From Gaiellaceae bacterium (lineage in GTDB: Bacteria; Actinomycetota; Thermoleophilia; Gaiellales; Gaiellaceae), in contig DASUHE010000066.1 of the NCBI GenBank assembly GCA_036273695.1, forward strand, positions 12,160 to 76,159: a DNA stretch of 64,000 nt, read 5' to 3'. Position 1 is the stretch's first letter; each line of letters starts with the position of its first letter. This document shows positions 34,304-43,769 of this stretch, piece after piece. The translations under genes were made by a program, and so were the position numbers. Below the pieces are notes generated by a model. The model had not been told where the DNA came from. It saw nothing but the letters and a program-made list of their open reading frames with translations, and ran no database searches.

Positions 34304-35020
34304 GTGCGGCTCGCGCTCGTCTCCGACCAGCACGGCAACGACATCGCGTTTCGGGCGGTCGTGGAGGATCTCGGCCGGGTCGGGGTCGACGACGCGATCT
34401 GCCTCGGTGACACGACCCAGGGCGGCATGGAGCCTGCCGAGACCCTCGACCGGCTGCGCGCGCTCGGCTGGGCGACCGTGCTCGGCAATGCCGACGCCTT
34501 CCTGCTCGAGGTGCCCGACGACTCGCCGGAGCCGATCGACGACCGCCAGCTCGCCGTGCGCGAGTGGACGCTCTCGCAACTCGACGAGTCGCACCTCGAG
34601 CAGATCCGCTCCTTCGAGCTGGTCGTGCGGCGCGAGGCGGACGGTGCGCAGCTGCTCTTCTGCCACGGCTCGCCGCGGTCGTACGACGACGTGCTGCTCC
34701 CCGAGTCGGGGCCGGAGGCGCTCGAGCCGTTCCGCGGCCACGGCGCCGCGCTCCTCGCCGGCGGCCATACCCACCTCCAGTGGACCCGCCGGATCGACGA
34801 CGCGCTTTACGTCAATCCGGGCAGCGTCGGCGTCTCGTACGACCGGCACCCGGACTCGCTGGCCCTCCGGCCCGTCGCCGAGTGGGCGCTCGTCACCGTC
34901 GAGGCCGGAGTAGTGGCGGTCGAGTTCCGCCAGGTTCCGTACTCGGTCGACGACGTGCTCGCCGCCGGCGCGCGCACCGGTCGCCCGTTCGCCGACGAGT
35001 GGGCCGCCCAGTGGGTCTGA
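34304..35020 (+). CDS. metallophosphoesterase (calcineurin-like, YfcE-type)
   Basis: DQHGN, GDTTQGG, GNAD, CHGSP and GGHTH motifs occur in the canonical order. GTG start lies 27 nt from the divergent gene. Confidence 0.8.
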   Translation: MRLALVSDQHGNDIAFRAVVEDLGRVGVDDAICLGDTTQGGMEPAETLDRLRALGWATVLGNADAFLLEVPDDSPEPIDDRQLAVREWTLSQLDESHLEQIRSFELVVRREADGAQLLFCHGSPRSYDDVLLPESGPEALEPFRGHGAALLAGGHTHLQWTRRIDDALYVNPGSVGVSYDRHPDSLALRPVAEWALVTVEAGVVAVEFRQVPYSVDDVLAAGARTGRPFADEWAAQWV

Positions 35021-35736
35021 AGGCGGTCGACGAGGGCTGGGACTTCCAGGTCCTGATCCTCGACGGCGACTGGGTCGTGCGCTGGCCACGCCACCGGCTC
35101 GCAGTCGAGGAGATCGAGAAGGAAGTCGAGCTCCTGCCCGCGCTCGCGCCGCTCCTCCCGGTCGAGGTGCCGCACTTCGAGTACGTCTCACGCGAGCCGT
35201 GGCTCGTCGCCTACCGCCTCATTCGCGGGGAACCGCTCGTGAACGAGGATCCCCACGGAGTCCGGGCCTTCCTCGAGGCGCTGCACTCGATCGACGGGTG
35301 CGAGGTTCCCTCACCGCGCCCCGATTGGCTCGAGACGTATCGCGAGCAGGCGGACGAGTTCAGGCGCGTCGTGCTGCCCTTGCTCGACGCAGACGAGCGG
35401 CCCGGCGGCGAGGAGCTCCTCGCAGAGATCGAGACGCTGACGGGCTTCGCACCGGCGCTCACCCACTCGGATCTCGGCCCCTCGCACCTCCTGGTGCGCG
35501 ACGGCCGCCTCGCCGGCGTCATCGACTGGGGAGACGCCCGCGTCGGCGATCCGGCGCTCGACTACTCGTGGCTGCTCAACGGCCCGTTTCCCGGCTGGGA
35601 CGTGGACGACGAGCTGCGGCGGCGGGCGGGCATCTATCACCGCCTCGTGCCGTGGTTCGAGGTGCACTATGGCGTGCTCACGGAGCAGCCCGAGTGGGTG
35701 CGCGACGGCCTCGCGGGGATCAGGTCCAGAGCATGA
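35011..35736 (+). CDS. aminoglycoside/choline-kinase-like phosphotransferase (APH family)
   Basis: The Brenner-type catalytic loop is LTHSDLGPSHLLV, and VIDWGDARVGDP is present. The start is taken at the GTG at 35011; the upstream part of the tracked ORF is Arg-rich shadow. Confidence 0.7.
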   Translation: MGLKAVDEGWDFQVLILDGDWVVRWPRHRLAVEEIEKEVELLPALAPLLPVEVPHFEYVSREPWLVAYRLIRGEPLVNEDPHGVRAFLEALHSIDGCEVPSPRPDWLETYREQADEFRRVVLPLLDADERPGGEELLAEIETLTGFAPALTHSDLGPSHLLVRDGRLAGVIDWGDARVGDPALDYSWLLNGPFPGWDVDDELRRRAGIYHRLVPWFEVHYGVLTEQPEWVRDGLAGIRSRA

Positions 35737-36710
35737 CCGTGCGACAATCGATCGCGATGGAGGCGGGGTCCGCAGTTGAGGTCCGGAAGCTCGGGCGGAT
35801 GTTCACGCCGCGCAAGCGCGAGCCGGTCGTCGCCCTCGAGGGCATCTCGCTGACGATTCCGGCGGGCGAGGTGCACGGGATGCTCGGCCCGAACGGCGCC
35901 GGCAAGACCACGCTCGTGAAGATCCTCTCCACGGTCCTGCTCCCGACGAGCGGCACGGCACGCGTGCTCGGACACGACGTCGTCGAGGAGACGCGCGCCG
36001 TACGGCCGGTGATCGGCATCGTCTTCGGCGGCGAACGCGGCCTCTACACGCGCCTCACCGCACGCCAGAACCTCGAGTACTGGGGCGCGCTGTACCGGCT
36101 TCCCTCGGCGTTGATCAAACAGCGGAGCGCCGACCTGCTCGCGCGAGTCGGGCTCGTCGACCGCGCCGACCAGCGGGTCGAGGAGTTTTCGCGCGGGATG
36201 AAGCAGCGACTCCACCTCGCGCGCGGGCTGATGGGCGACGCGAAGGTGCTCTTCCTCGACGAGCCGACGACCGGAATGGACCCGATCGCGGGGCGAGAGT
36301 TCAGGAACCTGATCACGGAGCTGAAGGACGAAGGCCGGACGATCCTCCTCACCACGCACGACATGGTCGAGGCGGAGTCCGTCTGCGACCGCGTGACGTT
36401 GATCGACCATGGTCGCGTGCTCGCCACCGAGACGCCGCGCACGCTCGGAACGCTGATCTCGCGCTTCCAGCGGATCGACGTCACCGGCGCCCCCGCTGCC
36501 CTCCTCGCCGAGGTGGCGGCCCTGCCGGGCGTCTCGTCGACAACGCCGCAGGAGGACGGCTCGACCCGGATCGAGGTGAGCGAGGAAGGAGCGACGGCGG
36601 TCGTGCTCCGCCGGCTCGTCGACGGCGGCGTCACCGATCTGCAGACCTCGCTGCCGAGCCTCGAAGAGGTCTACCTGCAGACGATCGGCGAGCGCGGGCT
36701 GGGCGTCTGA
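35733..36710 (+). CDS. ABC transporter ATP-binding protein (DrrA-like)
   Basis: Walker A is GPNGAGKTT, the signature is FSRGMKQRL and Walker B is LFLDEPTTGMD. ATGA overlaps occur on both sides. Confidence 0.9.
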   Translation: MTVRQSIAMEAGSAVEVRKLGRMFTPRKREPVVALEGISLTIPAGEVHGMLGPNGAGKTTLVKILSTVLLPTSGTARVLGHDVVEETRAVRPVIGIVFGGERGLYTRLTARQNLEYWGALYRLPSALIKQRSADLLARVGLVDRADQRVEEFSRGMKQRLHLARGLMGDAKVLFLDEPTTGMDPIAGREFRNLITELKDEGRTILLTTHDMVEAESVCDRVTLIDHGRVLATETPRTLGTLISRFQRIDVTGAPAALLAEVAALPGVSSTTPQEDGSTRIEVSEEGATAVVLRRLVDGGVTDLQTSLPSLEEVYLQTIGERGLGV

Positions 36711-37477
36711 TGCGCGCCTTCCTCGCCGGCGCTCGCGCCCAGCTTCGGTTCATGACCGCCTATCCGGACTCGCTGATCCCGTTCTTCACCGCGCCGCTCT
36801 TCACGATCGTCTTCATGCTCGTGTTCAAGCACGCCGGGCGGCAGGACCTCACCGCCTACGCCGCAATCGCTCCGGTCTTCATCGCGCTCTGGTGGCTGGC
36901 GCTCTTCAACTCCGGCTGGACGATCACGATCGAGCGCTGGAACGGGACGCTGGAGATGCTCGTCGCCTCGCCTTCCTCGTTCGGAGCGGTGGTCTTCGGC
37001 AAGATCGCGGCGACGACCGCGGTCGGCACCGTCTCCTTCTTCGAGGCCTGGCTCGTCGCGCGGCTCGTCTTCGGCACGGCCGTGTCCATCCATCACTGGG
37101 GCGCGTTCCTGCTCACGGTGCTCGCCACGCTCGGAGCGATGGCGGGGACGGCCGTCGGGATGGCGGCGCTGTTCGTCCTCGCGCGCAACGCGGTCACCTT
37201 CTCGAACTCCGCGAGCTACCCGTTCTACGTCCTCGGCGGCATCCTCGTCCCGGTGTCTCTGCTGCCGCACTGGGTGCGCCCGCTCAGCGACGTCGTCTTT
37301 CTCTCCTGGAGCGCCGACCTGCTCCGGGCGACGCTGCGGCCGGCACCGATCCACCGGCTCTGGCCCCACGTCGGCATGGTTGCGCTGCTCGGCGCGTGCG
37401 GCTACGCGGTCGGCCTCGCCGCCCTGCGCGTGATCCTCGTGCGCGTGCGCAAGAGCGGGGAGCTGTCGACGACGTGA
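36710..37477 (+). CDS. ABC-2 type transporter permease
   Basis: Six predicted TM helices; ATGA coupling to the ATPase gene. Confidence 0.75.
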   Translation: MRAFLAGARAQLRFMTAYPDSLIPFFTAPLFTIVFMLVFKHAGRQDLTAYAAIAPVFIALWWLALFNSGWTITIERWNGTLEMLVASPSSFGAVVFGKIAATTAVGTVSFFEAWLVARLVFGTAVSIHHWGAFLLTVLATLGAMAGTAVGMAALFVLARNAVTFSNSASYPFYVLGGILVPVSLLPHWVRPLSDVVFLSWSADLLRATLRPAPIHRLWPHVGMVALLGACGYAVGLAALRVILVRVRKSGELSTT

Positions 37478-38265
37478 GCACGCTGCGCGTCGTCTGGTAC
37501 TCGATCGTCAACGGAGCGAACGACTACTGGTCGATCTTCACGCTCAAGAGCTGGATCTTCGGCTGGGTGATCCGGGTCGTCTCCCAGGTGACGTTCTTCG
37601 CCCTGATCGGGACCCTGCTGCGATCGGACGTGCAGACCGACTTCCTGCTCGTCGGCAACGCGGTCATGGTGGCGGGGATGGGCGCGACCTTCGCGCTGCA
37701 CCAGCCGACGAACGAGCGCGGCAACGGGACGCTGCCCCTGCTGCTCGCCTCGCCGTCGCGGCCGGTGGTCGTGATGCTCGCGCGCGGCCTCTACGTCGTC
37801 GCGGACGCGATCTGGAGCTCCCTGCTCGGGCTCGCGATCGTCGGCCCGGCGTTCGGGCTCCACTTCCCCTGGCCGAGGGCATTGCTCGTGATCCCGCTGA
37901 CGATCCTCGTCGGCGTCGCCGCGTACTGCTTCTCGACCTTCCTCGCGGGCGTGATCATCGCCCACCGCAACATCAACAACCTCGTCGTCAACACGACGAT
38001 CGTCGGGCTGATGGCCCTCTGCGGCGTCAACGTGCCGGTTTCGTACTTTCCGTCGTGGCTCGAGTGGATCGCCCGCTGCCTGCCGATCACGGACGGGCTG
38101 GAGGCGATCCGCGGCGTGCTCGCGGGCGACGCCTGGTCGTCGGTCGCGGCCCACGTCGGCGGCGAGCTCCTCGCTGCGAGCGGCTGGCTCGCGCTCGCGC
38201 TGCTGACCTTCGGCCGCTTCATCCGAGCCGGCCAGCGCGACGGCTCGCTCGAGTTCGCGAGCTAG
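37474..38265 (+). CDS. ABC-2 type transporter permease (second subunit)
   Basis: GTGA overlap with the upstream gene. The protein is polytopic with a layout similar to the preceding permease. Confidence 0.7.
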   Translation: MSTLRVVWYSIVNGANDYWSIFTLKSWIFGWVIRVVSQVTFFALIGTLLRSDVQTDFLLVGNAVMVAGMGATFALHQPTNERGNGTLPLLLASPSRPVVVMLARGLYVVADAIWSSLLGLAIVGPAFGLHFPWPRALLVIPLTILVGVAAYCFSTFLAGVIIAHRNINNLVVNTTIVGLMALCGVNVPVSYFPSWLEWIARCLPITDGLEAIRGVLAGDAWSSVAAHVGGELLAASGWLALALLTFGRFIRAGQRDGSLEFAS

Positions 38266-38268
38266 CTG

Positions 38269-39372
38269 CTAGTCCCAGACCTTGACGGGGCGGTAGAGCG
38301 TGTCCCGCTGCACCGGCACCTTGCCGATGCTCTTGATCAGGTGGACGAGCTCCTCGGCGCTCGTGCGATGCGTCGTGCCCGCAGCCGAGACGACGTTCTC
38401 CTCGATCATCACCGACCCGAGGTCGTCGGCCCCGAAGCCGAGCGCGACCTGGCCGATCTTCTTCCCCTGCGTGACCCACGACGAGCCGATGTGCGGCACG
38501 TTGTCGAGGTAGATCCGGGACACGGCCTGCGTGAGCAGATAGTCGAACGAGGTCGGCCGCGCTTCGACCGGCACGAGCGACACGAGCCGGTTGCCGTCGT
38601 CCTGGAACGTCCAGGAGAAGAAGGCGCGGAAGCCGGCGGTCTCGTCCTGCAGCTCGCGGATCCGCCGGAAGTGCTCGACCCGCTCCTCGAGCGTCTCGAC
38701 GTGGCCGTACATCATGGTGGCCGTCGTCGAGATTCCGAGCCGGTGCGCCTCGCGCATCACGCCGAGCCACTCCTTCGTCGACACCTTCTTCGGCGCGATG
38801 ATGTCGCGCACCCGGTCGACGAGGATCTCGGCGCCACCGCCGGGGATCGAGTCGAGGCCGGCGTTCCGCAGCCGCGCGAGCGTCTCGGGCACCGTCAGCT
38901 TCGAGCGGCGCGCCGCGTGCACGACCTCCGACGGCGAGAGCGCATGCAGGTGGATCCGGTAGCGCGCCTTGATCGACGAGAAGAGGTCTTCGTAGTAGTC
39001 GACGCCGAGGTCGGGATGGTGGCCGCCCTGCATGAGCAAACCCGTGCCGCCGAGCGCGAGCGTCTCCTCGATCTTCTTGAAGATCACCGCCTTCGGCAGG
39101 AGGTAGCCCTCGCGCTGGTCGCCCGGCCGGCGGTAGAAGGCGCAGAAGTCGCAGTCGGTGACGCAGACGTTCGTGTAGTTGAGGTTGCGGTCGATGATGA
39201 ACGTGACACGCTCGGGGTCGTGGAGCCGGTTGCGGATCTCGTTCGCGGCCCGGCCGACGGCGACGAGGTCGCGGGAGCGGAGGAGCTCGACGGCGTCCTC
39301 GTCGGAGATCCGCTCGCCCGAGACGGCGCGCGCGAGGATCTCGTCGACCGTTGTGCGCTCGGCGACGCTCAT
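38269..39372 (-). CDS. mqnC: radical SAM enzyme of the futalosine pathway, most like cyclic dehypoxanthinyl futalosine synthase
   Basis: The CxxxCxxC cluster is NYTNVCVTDCDFCAFYR. LLMQGGHHPDL, GLDSIPGGGAEIL, ATMMYGHVET and FRAFFSWTF are present. The MqnC versus MqnE assignment is from motif memory only. Confidence 0.7.
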   Translation of the reverse strand: MSVAERTTVDEILARAVSGERISDEDAVELLRSRDLVAVGRAANEIRNRLHDPERVTFIIDRNLNYTNVCVTDCDFCAFYRRPGDQREGYLLPKAVIFKKIEETLALGGTGLLMQGGHHPDLGVDYYEDLFSSIKARYRIHLHALSPSEVVHAARRSKLTVPETLARLRNAGLDSIPGGGAEILVDRVRDIIAPKKVSTKEWLGVMREAHRLGISTTATMMYGHVETLEERVEHFRRIRELQDETAGFRAFFSWTFQDDGNRLVSLVPVEARPTSFDYLLTQAVSRIYLDNVPHIGSSWVTQGKKIGQVALGFGADDLGSVMIEENVVSAAGTTHRTSAEELVHLIKSIGKVPVQRDTLYRPVKVWD

Positions 39373-40148
39373 GCGACCGCCGCTCCCGCCGTCTGCACGA
39401 AGCGCAGCTCCGGCACCGTCTCGAGCAGGCCCGCGTCCCGCGCCAGCTCGAGGAACGTGTAGAGGCCGGCGCGCTCGCGCGGCCCGAAGCGGTAGCGGAG
39501 CTTCTCGAAGTAGCGCGCGAGGAAGCCGGCCGGGTAGCCGTACCGCTCGGCGGCCTCGAAGGCGAGCTGCTCGGGCTCGGCGCGCGCGAGCCTCACCGAC
39601 GACACGAGCGCGTCCTCGAGCTCCGCCAGGCCTGCGGCGAGCGGCTCCGGACACGCCCAGACGGCGAACACCATCGGCAGCCCGGTCCGCTCGAGCCAGA
39701 GCCGGCCGAGGTCGTGATGCGGCGTCGGATCCTCGAACGCCGAGCGCAGCGCAGCGTCGCCGATGAGGAGCTTCGCCTCGGCCTCGCCCGACTCGTACGC
39801 CTCGAGGGGCGCCTGCTCGGCCTCGGGCAGCAGCACCTTCGTCAGCGCCACCGATGTCGCCGACTCGGGCGTGACGGCGACGGTGCGCACCTGCTCGAGC
39901 GGCTTCCGCGAGACGAGCTGGATCGAGTCGACCGCTCCCTCAGACGCGACGCAGAGCCGCGGCAGCAGCCGCAGCGAATCGGCATGGCGCGCGTACTCGA
40001 TGGACGAGATCGGCGCCGTGTCGAGCTCGCCCGCGACGAGCATCCGGTTCAGGTCGGTCGGGACGCCCTGCACCTCGTCCACCTCGGCGTCGACCCGGTA
40101 GAAGACCGGCGCCATGTTGACGTAGGAGATGCGGCCCAACTTCACCAT
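39369..40148 (-). CDS. mqnA: chorismate dehydratase (futalosine pathway)
   Basis: MVKLGRISYVNMAPVFY ... LDTAPISSIEY ... MVFAVWA shows the periplasmic-binding-protein-like MqnA pattern. ATGA overlap with mqnC. Confidence 0.8.
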   Translation of the reverse strand: MVKLGRISYVNMAPVFYRVDAEVDEVQGVPTDLNRMLVAGELDTAPISSIEYARHADSLRLLPRLCVASEGAVDSIQLVSRKPLEQVRTVAVTPESATSVALTKVLLPEAEQAPLEAYESGEAEAKLLIGDAALRSAFEDPTPHHDLGRLWLERTGLPMVFAVWACPEPLAAGLAELEDALVSSVRLARAEPEQLAFEAAERYGYPAGFLARYFEKLRYRFGPRERAGLYTFLELARDAGLLETVPELRFVQTAGAAVA

Positions 40149-40468
40149 GGCCGCTCCTCGACCGCCGCGATCGCGGCCTCGCGGCTGGCGTAGGCACGCA
40201 CCTCCGAGACGACGCCCTCCTGCACGAGGATCACCTGATGACGCCCGTCGAGGTGCGGATCGACCACGAGGGTGTCTCCCTGCTCCCAGACGACCTCGGG
40301 CTTGGCCTGGATCCCGTTCTCGCGCGCGCGTCGGAACATCTCGAGCACCTCGTCGCGGTTGCGGCACAGCTCGCCCGGATAACGCCCGACCCAGACCACG
40401 TCCGGGGCGAGCAGGTCGGCGTGCGCCTCGAAGCCGCCGCTCTCGATCGCCTCCTTCACGGTCACCAT
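40142..40468 (-). CDS. small NTF2/SnoaL-like fold protein (108 aa) embedded in the mqn operon
   Basis: It has 7-nt overlaps with both mqnE (stop) and mqnA (start). The fold call rests on composition and length and on the pattern VVWVGRYPGELCRNRDEVLEMF...VVSEVRAY, and is weak. Confidence 0.5.
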   Translation of the reverse strand: MVTVKEAIESGGFEAHADLLAPDVVWVGRYPGELCRNRDEVLEMFRRARENGIQAKPEVVWEQGDTLVVDPHLDGRHQVILVQEGVVSEVRAYASREAAIAAVEERPW

Positions 40469-41568
40469 CGCCGCAGCTCGTTGTAGAGGCTGTCGCGCTG
40501 CACGGGGACGCGCCCGGCAGCGCTGACGAAACGGACGAGCTCCGCGACCTTCTGCTCGGTGCCGGCGCTCGCGCCCGCGGCCTGGAAGATCTTCTCCCGC
40601 ACCACCGTTCCCTGGACGTCGTCGGCGCCGAAGTGGAGAGCGACCTGGGCGAGCGGGAGGCCCATCATGATCCAGTAGGCCTTCACGTGCGGGACGTTGT
40701 CGAGCAGGAGCCGCGCCACGGCGATCACCTTCAGGTCGTCCGCCCCGGTCGTGAAGCGGAAGCCGCGGCGCTCGAAGACGGTGTTCTCCGGGTGGAAGGC
40801 GAGCGGGATGAACGAGAGGAAGCCCCCCGTCGCGTCCTGCTGGTCGCGCAGGCGCAGCAGGTGGTCGACGCGCTCCTCGTAGGTCTCGACGTGGCCGTAG
40901 AGCATCGTGCACTGCGTCGTGATCCCCAGACGGTGCGCGGTGTCGTGCACGTCGAACCACTCGTCCGGATGCTCCTTGCCCGGCGCGATCAGCGAGCGCA
41001 CGCGGTCGGCGAAGATCTCGGCGCCGCCGCCCGGCATCGAGTCGAGGCCCGCGTCGCGCAGCGTCCGCAGGACCTCCTCGTGCGAGCAGCCCTCGAGCCG
41101 CGAGATGTGGTGGATCTCGGAGGCCGTGTAGAACTTGAGGTGAACGTCGGGCAGCGCCTCCTTCAGCTTGCGGAGGAGGCCGGCGTAGTACTCGAGGTCG
41201 ACGTGCGGGTTTTCGCCGTTGACGGTGTGGATCTCGGTGAAGCCGTGGATCGCGTGCTGCGCGACCGCGTCCTCGACGAACTCGTCGGCCGTCAGCGTGA
41301 AGGCGTCCTCCTGCTTCCGCGTCTTCGCGAAGGCGCAGAACTTGCACTTCACCCGGCAGACGTTCGTCTGGTACAGGTTGATGTTCTGGACGAAGAAGAC
41401 CTCGTCGCCGCCGCCGCGCTGCCGGCGCGCGAGGTCCGCCAGGTCGCCGAGCGCGAGCAGGTCGTCGGTCTCCATCAACGCGACGCCGTCGTCGAAGTCG
41501 AGGCGCTCGCCGGCGAGCACCTTCTCCCGGATCGGAGCGAGCGTGTCGAGAGTGTCCAGAACCGCCAT
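40462..41568 (-). CDS. mqnE: radical SAM enzyme of the futalosine pathway, most like aminodeoxyfutalosine synthase
   Basis: YQTNVCRVKCKFCAFA, HLKFYTASEI, GLDSMPGGGAEIF, CTMLYGHVET and FLSFIPLAFHPENT are present. The assignment versus mqnC is from motif memory only. Confidence 0.7.
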   Translation of the reverse strand: MAVLDTLDTLAPIREKVLAGERLDFDDGVALMETDDLLALGDLADLARRQRGGGDEVFFVQNINLYQTNVCRVKCKFCAFAKTRKQEDAFTLTADEFVEDAVAQHAIHGFTEIHTVNGENPHVDLEYYAGLLRKLKEALPDVHLKFYTASEIHHISRLEGCSHEEVLRTLRDAGLDSMPGGGAEIFADRVRSLIAPGKEHPDEWFDVHDTAHRLGITTQCTMLYGHVETYEERVDHLLRLRDQQDATGGFLSFIPLAFHPENTVFERRGFRFTTGADDLKVIAVARLLLDNVPHVKAYWIMMGLPLAQVALHFGADDVQGTVVREKIFQAAGASAGTEQKVAELVRFVSAAGRVPVQRDSLYNELRRW

Positions 41569-41575
41569 GCGGCGC

Positions 41576-42481
41576 TTACCTTTCCCGATCGACGACTGAG
41601 TGCGTCAGGGCTTCGAGCTCCCCACGGTGGAGCTCGCCGTCGAGCCGTGCCCTGGCGCGCTCAGCGTAGTCGAGGGCGACCCGTCGAGAGTCGTCGAGCG
41701 CGCCGGTCGCCGCGACGCGCATGAGCGCGCCGTCGAGCGGCCCGCCTGCCAGGGCGGCGCGGACCACTGCGTCCTGCTGAGCCGCGAGGAGCAGCGGCAG
41801 CGTCGGAGTGCCGTCGCGGAGGTCGGTGCCGGCGATCTTGCCGGTCTCGATCGTGGCGCCCGAGCAATCGAGGACGTCGTCGGCGATCTGGAACGCGATC
41901 CCGAGCGCGAGCCCGTACCCGCCCGAGCCGCCGCCGAGCCGGCACGCCGCCTCGAACAGCTTCCCGGTCTTGAGCGCGCAGCGGGTGAGGTACGCGTCGA
42001 CGGTGGTCGAAGGGTCGCGCGTCTGGGTGCGCTGCAGCGCCTCGCCGCGCGCGAGGCAGAGGGTCGCATCGGCGAGGATGTCGACCGCTTCGGCGTCGCC
42101 GGTCGCGCTCAGCTCGGAGAAGGCCCGCGCGAACAGGTAGTCGCCCGTCGCGCGCGCGGCGGCCGGGCCGTAGACCGACCAGGCGGCCGCCTTGCCGCGA
42201 CGGAAATGGGCGCGGTCGATCAGGTCGTCGTGGACGAGCGTCGCCATGTGGACGAGCTCGACGGCGACTCCGGCCGCGAGCGACGGCTCGGTGCCCGCCG
42301 GCGCGGAGAGGAAGACGAGCGCCGGCCGGAGCCGCTTGCCGCCCGCGGCGAGGGCTTCGTTGCCGACGGCCGCGACGAGGCCGGGATGCGTGGCGACGGT
42401 TCGCGCGAGCCGCTCCTCGAGCGCGTCGAGATAGCCGTCGAGTCCGGGCACCGACCGGAAGTCCGCGAGCGTTGCCGTCAT
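41576..42481 (-). CDS. polyprenyl diphosphate synthase (trans-IPPS)
   Basis: The first Asp-rich motif is LVHDDLIDRAHFRRG and the second is IADDVLD. ATGA overlap with the menG/ubiE stop. Confidence 0.85.
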   Translation of the reverse strand: MTATLADFRSVPGLDGYLDALEERLARTVATHPGLVAAVGNEALAAGGKRLRPALVFLSAPAGTEPSLAAGVAVELVHMATLVHDDLIDRAHFRRGKAAAWSVYGPAAARATGDYLFARAFSELSATGDAEAVDILADATLCLARGEALQRTQTRDPSTTVDAYLTRCALKTGKLFEAACRLGGGSGGYGLALGIAFQIADDVLDCSGATIETGKIAGTDLRDGTPTLPLLLAAQQDAVVRAALAGGPLDGALMRVAATGALDDSRRVALDYAERARARLDGELHRGELEALTHSVVDRER

Positions 42482-43164
42482 TCCGCCTCCCCTACGTGCA
42501 AGGCGACGATACCGCCGGCGAAGAGCCGGAACCGCACGGCCCCGAAGCCGCACGAGCCGAGCAGCTCTGCGAGCGCCTCCGGGCCGGGGAAGCGGCGCAC
42601 GCTCGCGGGCAGGTACGTGTACGCGGAGCCGCCCGGAAGGTGGCGGCCGAGCCGCGGCACGACGCGGTCGAACCAGAGCCGATAGAAGGGCGCGAGCGGC
42701 CCGCGCGGTGTGGTGATCTCGAGAATCCCGAGGCGCCCGCCGGAACGAAGCACGCGACGCAGCTCCCGGATGCCCGCCTCGAGGTCGTCGACATTGCGGA
42801 TGCCGAAGCCGACGACCGCCGAGTCGAAGGTCGCGTCGTCGAACGGGAGCGCGAGCACGTCCGCCTGCCGCCATTCGAGCTCCGGCACCTTGCGTCGGGC
42901 GCGCTCGAGCATCTGCTCGGAGAAGTCGATCCCGATCACATGGCCCGCGCCGCCCGCCCAGGCCGCGCGAGCGAGGTCGCCGGTGCCGCAACACGCGTCG
43001 AGGACGTGATCTCCCGACCGCACCGTCTCCCGCACGGTCGCCCTGCGCCAGCGCTGGTCGAGCCCGGCCGTCATGACGCGGTTCATCGCGTCGTAGACGG
43101 GCGCGATGCGGTCGAACATCCGCTGGACGCCCTCCGCCGGGAGGCGACCCGTTTCGACGGTCAC
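42478..43164 (-). CDS. ubiE: demethylmenaquinone methyltransferase (UbiE/MenG family)
   Basis: MFDRIAPVYDAMN, VLDACCGTGDL and GFGIRNV are present. GTGA overlap with the ubiX stop. Confidence 0.85.
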   Translation of the reverse strand: MTVETGRLPAEGVQRMFDRIAPVYDAMNRVMTAGLDQRWRRATVRETVRSGDHVLDACCGTGDLARAAWAGGAGHVIGIDFSEQMLERARRKVPELEWRQADVLALPFDDATFDSAVVGFGIRNVDDLEAGIRELRRVLRSGGRLGILEITTPRGPLAPFYRLWFDRVVPRLGRHLPGGSAYTYLPASVRRFPGPEALAELLGSCGFGAVRFRLFAGGIVALHVGEAE

Positions 43165-43751
43165 GCCTGTCCCCAGCGTGGTGTCAGCGCATGGTCGAGG
43201 CCGAGCAGGTCGAGCGCGCGCGCCACGACGAAGTCGACGAGGCTCTCGACGGTCTCGGCGCCGTGGTAGAAGCCCGGCGCGAGGAAGAGGATCGTCGCTC
43301 CGGCCTCGCGCAACGTGAGCATGTTGCGAAGGTGAATCGCCGACAACGGCGTCTCGCGCGGCATCAGTACGAGCCGGCGCTCCTCCTTCAGCGCTACAGA
43401 GGCGGCGCGGTGGATGAGGTTCTGCATCGCGCCGGAAGCGACAGTCCCCAGCGTCCCCATCGAGCACGGGCAGATGACGTATGCGTCGACCTTGGCCGAG
43501 CCCGACGCGTAGGGCGCGCTCCAGTCCTGGGGGTCGAAGATGCTCGCCGCGCCGTTCGCGTGCTCGAGGAGCCGCGCCAGCGTCTCGTCGCGCGGCAGCC
43601 TCGGATCGCCGAAGAGCTCGGTCCCGAGCACCTCGATTCCGGCGCTCGACGCGCAGACGCCGATCTCGCAGTCCGCCGCGGCGAGCCCTTCGAGCAGCCT
43701 GGCCGCGTACGGCGCACCGGAAGCACCCGTGATGCCCAGGAATACGTGCAT
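43161..43751 (-). CDS. ubiX: flavin prenyltransferase UbiX
   Basis: MHVFLGITGASGAPYA ... ICPCSMGTLG is the typical UbiX/Pad1 pattern. Confidence 0.9.
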   Translation of the reverse strand: MHVFLGITGASGAPYAARLLEGLAAADCEIGVCASSAGIEVLGTELFGDPRLPRDETLARLLEHANGAASIFDPQDWSAPYASGSAKVDAYVICPCSMGTLGTVASGAMQNLIHRAASVALKEERRLVLMPRETPLSAIHLRNMLTLREAGATILFLAPGFYHGAETVESLVDFVVARALDLLGLDHALTPRWGQA

Positions 43752-43769
43752 TCCCAGGGATTGTCGCTG

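Noticed and set aside
34564-35010. N-terminal 149 codons of ORF 34564..35736
   Set aside because: This part is an Arg/Ala/Pro-rich extension overlapping the metallophosphoesterase gene. The kinase-like sequence only begins near the GTG at 35011.
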